A model generated the notes under the pieces. The model searched no databases. It was not told the origin of the DNA and worked only from the letters and a program-made list of their open reading frames with translations. From Spirochaetota bacterium (GTDB lineage: Bacteria; Spirochaetota; Spirochaetia; JABEVK01), in NCBI GenBank assembly GCA_020049045.1, contig JAIFLN010000005.1:10417-74416 (forward strand): 64,000 bases of DNA. Direction: 5' to 3'. Numbering within the stretch: position 1 is the stretch's first letter; every line of letters starts with the position of its first letter. The translations under genes and the position numbers were made by a program. Positions 58,657 to 64,000 of this stretch are shown here, in pieces.

Positions 58657-59089
58657 GCTGATCGAGAGAAATACGGTCGCCCACTTTGACGCCTTTTTTT
58701 GAGAACACCCCTTGTTTGACTTCAAGGGCAAAGGTGACAGCATACCGGCTCGCCACCGGAGCCAGGCTGAAGGCTTCCATATCGAGAATCTCCTTGATAA
58801 CCCCTTGCTTGTTGATATACGCGATCGACAAGGGTGTGGGGGTATCTTTCATCCAAAAAGTTCGTGTGGCCTCATCAGGAAAGACAAACAACATGGCTTG
58901 GTCTTCAGTGAGGTCGGTCCGGCCCATCAGTCCACGTTCCCTCGTTTCCGGAGTCGAGGCAATCTGGGTCAAAAAGGTCACGCTCCCCACCTGGACCGAA
59001 CGGGTTTCCACGGTCTGGCCTGTACAGGAAGCTATGATAAACAAGAGCGCGGACAAGATCAGGACGTAGAATCGGTAAAATCGGTTCAT
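58631..59089 (-). CDS. DUF192-family lipoprotein
   Basis: Lipobox LFIIASC, then RERGLMGRTDL...MLFVFPD...FWMKDTPTPLSIAYIN, which matches the DUF192 core. Confidence 0.6.
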   Translation of the reverse strand: MNRFYRFYVLILSALLFIIASCTGQTVETRSVQVGSVTFLTQIASTPETRERGLMGRTDLTEDQAMLFVFPDEATRTFWMKDTPTPLSIAYINKQGVIKEILDMEAFSLAPVASRYAVTFALEVKQGVFSKKGVKVGDRISLDQLKGVSADR

Positions 59090-59098
59090 GGGTTCTCC

Positions 59099-59629
59099 CT
59101 AAAAATTATCGAGAAACTTTTCTCTGGTTACAGATTGTAGCGCTTGCTGCGCCCGCCCTTCCTGTTGAAACCTTTGAAAAAGCGGCATATCGATGTACTT
59201 GACGGTCAGTGGCTTTTCGAGAGACAGACGGACAGCGGCGCTTTCCCAACGGGCTGACGTCGGGTCAAGGGCAGAAGGCTCACCGTATTTTTTGCTAAGC
59301 GATGTGTACATGGCAAAATAGTCGAGTTGTTCTGGGTTGAGCTCCAAAGTGATGCTGTAGAGTCTTCCTTCTACAACTTGAAAAACACCTCGGGTAAAAT
59401 AGGTCAGACCGGGCACGTCGATGAGATTGGTATTGGGACGATTGAGAAGGGTCACATCAGGTTCACCGGAATACAGGAAAAAAGAATTGTTTATCAGGGC
59501 GGATTTCAACTCTTCGAGGTTCATCCCGAGGCGAAATACATCGAATCCCGGGTTCAAGGCTGTCTGCGCCGGCAATTGCGCTAGCCCTAGAAAACAAAAC
59601 ACGAGCATCAAGAGCCATCGTCTCATCAT
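59099..59629 (-). CDS. Hypothetical secreted protein (176 aa)
   Basis: Signal peptide MMRRWLLMLVFCFLGLAQLPAQ. Confidence 0.45.
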   Translation of the reverse strand: MMRRWLLMLVFCFLGLAQLPAQTALNPGFDVFRLGMNLEELKSALINNSFFLYSGEPDVTLLNRPNTNLIDVPGLTYFTRGVFQVVEGRLYSITLELNPEQLDYFAMYTSLSKKYGEPSALDPTSARWESAAVRLSLEKPLTVKYIDMPLFQRFQQEGRAQQALQSVTREKFLDNF

Positions 59630-59916
59630 TCACCTCTCAAGAACCAGAAAATTCCAACGGATACAATCAGAAAGATCAGCAGGACCACCATCACCGGAGC
59701 GAAGAGCGGTTGCCGTGCGGTTGCCTGAACTTGCGGTGCCGCCAAGTACCGACACTGAGGACAACCGTCGGAAAAAGCCCTTGGGGAACCTTGGTGTCCG
59801 CACCGGGGACAGCGGACCGCATCAAAGACCTTACCACAGGAGGGACACAACGTGGCGTGAAGTTCAACGGCTGCCGAACAATGGTCACAGGTGAACGTCG
59901 ACAATACTTTTTTCAA
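59626..59916 (-). CDS. Zinc-ribbon protein with a C-terminal transmembrane anchor
   Basis: Two CxxC pairs (CDHC...CPSCG and CPRCG...CPQC) plus a C-terminal hydrophobic helix. Confidence 0.5.
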   Translation of the reverse strand: MKKVLSTFTCDHCSAAVELHATLCPSCGKVFDAVRCPRCGHQGSPRAFSDGCPQCRYLAAPQVQATARQPLFAPVMVVLLIFLIVSVGIFWFLRGE

Positions 59917-60827
59917 GGCAATTCTCCTAAGGAAAAAGAGGAGAGCTCAAAAGACCTCGTTATGTTGTTTTCGGTCACCAAGAGAACCCAGCTGGAACGA
60001 GCAGCCAACCAAGCATTGGCCTCACCTGAGGGAAACCGATCCCAGGGAAGCCAGGCCTCGAGGTCGGTGTTGTCCAGCACAGACCAACCGACGGCAAGGG
60101 GTGAAGCTCCTTCTACCCATGACCAGAGAACCCTATCACTTCCTGTCAGTGGCCACTCTAAAAGAGCACCAGGACGGCGCAACCCCAAAGAAACAGAAAT
60201 CCCGGCCGGTAAGGTCTTCCAGGATCGGTCTGCCGTGAAGCGGATCCAGAAGGCTCCTTCACGGCTGACAGCTCGAAGTGCCTTTGGTAGCGGCCAAGTC
60301 TTGCTCCAGGGTTGATTTCCTGGCAAGAAGGAAGAACCCCATTCGAGAACAGCTCCTACCTTTGCCCAGTCCTCAAAACTACCGTCCAAGGCATATTGGG
60401 GCACCGTCAGCCCCCAAGCCTGCAATGCACCAGAAAGAACCCGCCCCCGGTTGGCAGCCGCAAAAGAAATCCTGTCGACGAGGAGGGTTCCTTTCGATGG
60501 CACCTCTTCAGGCAATAAAACCCCTCCCTTGAGAAGGGTTCTGTAAGTCAGTGTTTCTTTCCAAGGAAGGAAAACCCCGGCCAGGTACTGCTGAGATCCA
60601 AGAACAATCTTCACCCTTTCACCAGGCGCTACGGGATGGCGGCCAGTGGTGGCCATGGGTAGGAGTGAGAGAATCTCAGTTGAGGGCCTCGAGAAACTGC
60701 CCTCCAAAATCCAGTAGTCAAAAACGGCGTCTGTATCCGTGTTACGCAACCAGAAGGCAGTATCAGCCACCACCATGGATGAGCCCATAAGGAAGAACAG
60801 AAAGCACAGAACATGGCTGCGAGTCAT
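59913..60827 (-). CDS. Hypothetical secreted protein (304 aa)
   Basis: Signal peptide MTRSHVLCFLFFLMGSSMVVA. Trp-rich, no known motif. Confidence 0.4.
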   Translation of the reverse strand: MTRSHVLCFLFFLMGSSMVVADTAFWLRNTDTDAVFDYWILEGSFSRPSTEILSLLPMATTGRHPVAPGERVKIVLGSQQYLAGVFLPWKETLTYRTLLKGGVLLPEEVPSKGTLLVDRISFAAANRGRVLSGALQAWGLTVPQYALDGSFEDWAKVGAVLEWGSSFLPGNQPWSKTWPLPKALRAVSREGAFWIRFTADRSWKTLPAGISVSLGLRRPGALLEWPLTGSDRVLWSWVEGASPLAVGWSVLDNTDLEAWLPWDRFPSGEANAWLAARSSWVLLVTENNITRSFELSSFSLGELP

Positions 60828-63800
60828 TTTTTCCGAATTGCCAGCAAGGTAAGATCGTCAAACTGGTTGTCTTCCTTCATATGGGCATATCGTATATAAC
60901 CGGGATTGGAATATTCACGTGTCCCACCTTCTAACTTGTACCCTTCCGGACTGACAGAGTCACCCTTCGAGATATCCCCCTTGACCCAAAGTTTGACTCT
61001 TTGCCCGTCGACCAGTTTGTAACCCTCCGCATCGCGGAGATCTTTTCCGTTACGGTCTGCCCTTTGACATTCCTGGACGCGCTCACCATCGACAAGCCTA
61101 AAGCCTTCAGCGTCAACGGTGTCGCCTTTCGAGGCCACACCCCTCTGCCATATTGGAATTGGTACAGCTCCCGCGAGAAAGTAGCCTTTGGCATCCATGT
61201 TCTCTTTCTGGGGAATGGCTTGCCGGTAGGTCATAAACCCGTTCTTGAAGTACTGGTCGAATTCTTTGAAATGCTTTTTGAGAAATTCGTTTTCGACCAG
61301 GTCAAGGTCGATGAAGTCAAACTCTTCGGCTTTGGGGTCGGGAACCAGCCGGAAAATCCGGTCGATGGAAATCAGCGCCAAAACCAATCCGCGGGCGGAA
61401 TCATCACAGGAACCAAAATCGAAATGATACTCGACTTCAGGATGAAGCCAGTTCTGCTTCACCAAGGTATAGGGTTGACGGTGTTGGTAGGCTTCAATGA
61501 TCGCCTCCATCCGCTCGGGCCCAAAATCTTCCACATCCTTGGCCTGAACCTCGCGCATCGGTCCGCCTTCGAACACAGGAACTCTCTTTCGAGCTCCGGG
61601 GACTGCGACCGTGGTGGGGTCTACCGGATCAAAGTAGGCGATCTGCTGCCAGTTTTTGTCCCGATAAGCAGACTGGCTCTCTTCGATACCGTCAGTGAAG
61701 TACAACAGCGTGTCACCAGGAAACAGTTGCAACTTTTGATTGCGGTACCGAATCTGATGGTATTTGGAAGAATCAAGTCCCGCCGGCGCGGTCTTCTCGA
61801 GCTGCATCAGTTCAAAATGAGCAGGTTTGTCTGAGGAGGCGGCCCTCCAGAGGTGAAGTAGGTTGTCCCCAGCCTGACTGAACTGCAGTTCTCCGGTCAT
61901 CGTATTGAGAATACCAATGTTCAAGGCAGCGAACTTCTGCGCTCCGGTTTCGGCGAGGATGGGCTCAAGATTATCGTTGATGCTATTGAGAATTTCGTCT
62001 ATTTTTGTTTTTCTTCCATCCTTCGCTTCAGTCCAGCGCCGGAAGAAATTTGTAACAAAGGCAGCGGCAATGGTCATGGCGAGAAGAGATTCGACCCCTT
62101 TGCCGGAGATGTCCCCTTTCATAATGCCATACCAAGGGGAGTTGAGGTTCTTACCTTCCTTGGTATCCAGTTGTCGAAATTCGTAAAGGTCACCGGAGAC
62201 GGTCTTGGCACCTTCGTAGTAGGCATACACCTCGACCCCATCGAGGTCACGTCCATACGTGGTCATTTTGTTGCCTGCGGCATCTTTATCAAGTGAAATA
62301 AAATAGGTCTTCTGCAGGCCTTTGGCTCCGGCCATTTCCTTGCTCTGTTTGGCACCTTTGACCAGACTATGGGTCATTTCATTGACTGTCGAGGCCAATT
62401 CCGCCAACTCGTCACGGGTTCGAACGTCGATGAGATGACCGTCCAGTTGGGACTTGTCATCGGTATCCCGAATTTTGGCAACTCCGCTTGAAAGCTTCCG
62501 GATCGGGTTGATTGTCAGAGCAGAAAGAACAAATGCACCGACCAAACCAAGGGTCAGGGCGATCAAGGCAACGATCGCGGTCACCAGAATCAATTGATCC
62601 CGGCTTGCTGTGATCTGTTTTTCGATGGTTTCTGAGGAGACCTCAATGCGGATCAAACCCCGTACATAAGTAGGGTCTCCCAGGGTCAAATAGAGGAAAG
62701 GCTGATAGAAAAGGTATTTTTTCTCTTGGGAAGCGGCAAGATTCTGGATGTTGAAGGTTGGGTAAGTCCGGGCTTTGCCGCCGATTTCGGCCAGTTTGGT
62801 GATAACCTGACGTTTCAAGGCAGAGATTTGATCGTCGTATTGTTTGACAAGCCGGCGCGAGGCATCGTCATTCTTTGTAGCCAGCGGGAGTGCTTCTTTG
62901 GAAAGAGACTCAATCTGCCGGGCCATATCACCGACTGCCAATTCGGCTTGCTGATTGAGCTCTGCTTGAAGGGTCAACCAGAGGGGCTCAACCTGGTCGC
63001 TCAAAAGAGTCACACCGGGGATCAAGGTGTCCGTATCGGTTTTCGCTTTTAAATCCGGGTCATTCGAAGCATAAACATAGGACAATCCGGGTTTCTTCTC
63101 ACTGCTTGGACCGGTGATCGTAGCATAGAGAGCCTCGCCTTCCATGGCGGAAATCTGCTGGGGAAGGAATCCAAGTTCCTGAGTGTTGGAGGTAGGCAGA
63201 TAGGTACGTGCCCCGGTTGCCAGACTTTCCAGAAGAACTTGAGTCCGTTGCTGTAGAGCCGTTCCCAAGGTCAGCTGGGAGTTCTGCGTGATGAAAAACC
63301 CGAGAGTCAACGACAGCATGAGGATGACAGCCCCCGTCAGACCCAAGATCGAAATTGCAAATTTGACGGTTAGGCTGAGGCCCTTGGTCTTCATAACGGT
63401 ACTCCCGGCCCGACGGGCCCACTTATCAGCATTATCGGCAAACAACGACCGGGCCTGACGGTCCAGGCGGTTTCTTTCCACAAGGGCCACTGCAAGAAGG
63501 CGGGCTGACCCCAAAGCAATCAGAACAAGAAGCACCATAAGTGTCCAAAAGTAAACTGCATGGACAGAGAAGAAGAAGGTGATTCCTTCGAAGAACTGCC
63601 AGACCGTTCTGTCCAAATTTCGATAGTCGCCAATCTTGACTGTTCCAGTCGGCTCCACTTTCAACAGCGGTTGTGTAAAGACTCTGCCACGTTCCGGATG
63701 GCTCACGCCGATACGGTAAATTCCTTCAGCAAGACCTTCGACCTTGATACCGTCAACCAACCGATCGGAGGCAAGATGAAACGCACCTGGGCCTAGGTCA

Positions 63801-64000
63801 TAGTCGAAGGGTGCCTGACCATCCCGGTCAATGTACACATGATCCAAAGGACCACTGGCGGTGAACCCTCGTCCGTGAATGGCAATCTCGACCCGCCCGA
63901 AGGCATCCTGCCGGGTGTCGACATATTGGATAACCGTATACGGGCGGAATTTATTGAGCCGGAAATAATGGGTCGATACGGGTCCGCGGTTTCCGGCTTC
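60824..64000 (-). CDS. Membrane sensor phosphatase with a periplasmic domain, HAMP and a PP2C/SpoIIE Ser/Thr phosphatase domain. The N-terminus lies outside the window.
   Basis: HAMP helix (...LTINPIRKLSSGVAKI...DELAELASTVNEMTHSL). PP2C motifs KGDISGKGVESLLAMTIA and LLYFTDGIEE. The reading frame stays open to position 64000. Confidence 0.7.
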   Translation of the reverse strand, partial: EAGNRGPVSTHYFRLNKFRPYTVIQYVDTRQDAFGRVEIAIHGRGFTASGPLDHVYIDRDGQAPFDYDLGPGAFHLASDRLVDGIKVEGLAEGIYRIGVSHPERGRVFTQPLLKVEPTGTVKIGDYRNLDRTVWQFFEGITFFFSVHAVYFWTLMVLLVLIALGSARLLAVALVERNRLDRQARSLFADNADKWARRAGSTVMKTKGLSLTVKFAISILGLTGAVILMLSLTLGFFITQNSQLTLGTALQQRTQVLLESLATGARTYLPTSNTQELGFLPQQISAMEGEALYATITGPSSEKKPGLSYVYASNDPDLKAKTDTDTLIPGVTLLSDQVEPLWLTLQAELNQQAELAVGDMARQIESLSKEALPLATKNDDASRRLVKQYDDQISALKRQVITKLAEIGGKARTYPTFNIQNLAASQEKKYLFYQPFLYLTLGDPTYVRGLIRIEVSSETIEKQITASRDQLILVTAIVALIALTLGLVGAFVLSALTINPIRKLSSGVAKIRDTDDKSQLDGHLIDVRTRDELAELASTVNEMTHSLVKGAKQSKEMAGAKGLQKTYFISLDKDAAGNKMTTYGRDLDGVEVYAYYEGAKTVSGDLYEFRQLDTKEGKNLNSPWYGIMKGDISGKGVESLLAMTIAAAFVTNFFRRWTEAKDGRKTKIDEILNSINDNLEPILAETGAQKFAALNIGILNTMTGELQFSQAGDNLLHLWRAASSDKPAHFELMQLEKTAPAGLDSSKYHQIRYRNQKLQLFPGDTLLYFTDGIEESQSAYRDKNWQQIAYFDPVDPTTVAVPGARKRVPVFEGGPMREVQAKDVEDFGPERMEAIIEAYQHRQPYTLVKQNWLHPEVEYHFDFGSCDDSARGLVLALISIDRIFRLVPDPKAEEFDFIDLDLVENEFLKKHFKEFDQYFKNGFMTYRQAIPQKENMDAKGYFLAGAVPIPIWQRGVASKGDTVDAEGFRLVDGERVQECQRADRNGKDLRDAEGYKLVDGQRVKLWVKGDISKGDSVSPEGYKLEGGTREYSNPGYIRYAHMKEDNQFDDLTLLAIRKK

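Noticed and set aside
61001-61834. 277-aa plus-strand ORF
   Set aside because: Antisense to the HAMP-PP2C phosphatase gene.

Overview
This is a spirochaete-type chromosomal segment of roughly 52% GC, most consistent with a Treponema or Spirochaeta relative. The evidence is periplasmic-flagellum genes (flaB for the core flagellin, flaA for the sheath protein), separate groES, a second EF-G paralogue and a spiro-SPASM-like protein. Most of the window is dense housekeeping: an rpsF-ssb-rpsR-rplI-dnaB operon, a purB-guaB-purA-guaA operon, ilvBH and leuCD, glgP, tex and xseAB. The most notable region runs from about 48.4 to 57.2 kb. There flaA is the last gene of a tightly overlapping operon of about 8.8 kb on the minus strand. 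The operon encodes a spiro-SPASM-like protein with a degenerate radical-SAM domain, an orphan protein, a SpsF/PseF-type cytidylyltransferase, a PseG-like hydrolase fused to a zinc-ribbon SAM methyltransferase, an ATP-grasp domain fused to an N-acetylmuramoyl-L-alanine amidase, and a GerMN protein. I read this as a candidate flagellar-filament glycan or cell-wall modification system that is not described as a unit. Other noteworthy items are an mrfA/mrfB-like DUF1998 helicase plus DEDDh exonuclease pair, a 1444-aa OmpA-anchored protein with four tandem repeats of about 205 aa, a bacterial SET-domain protein, and a HAMP-PP2C sensor phosphatase. The six-frame track uses non-ATG start codons, so many start coordinates were re-derived from internal Met codons and ribosome-binding sites and may be off by a few bases.
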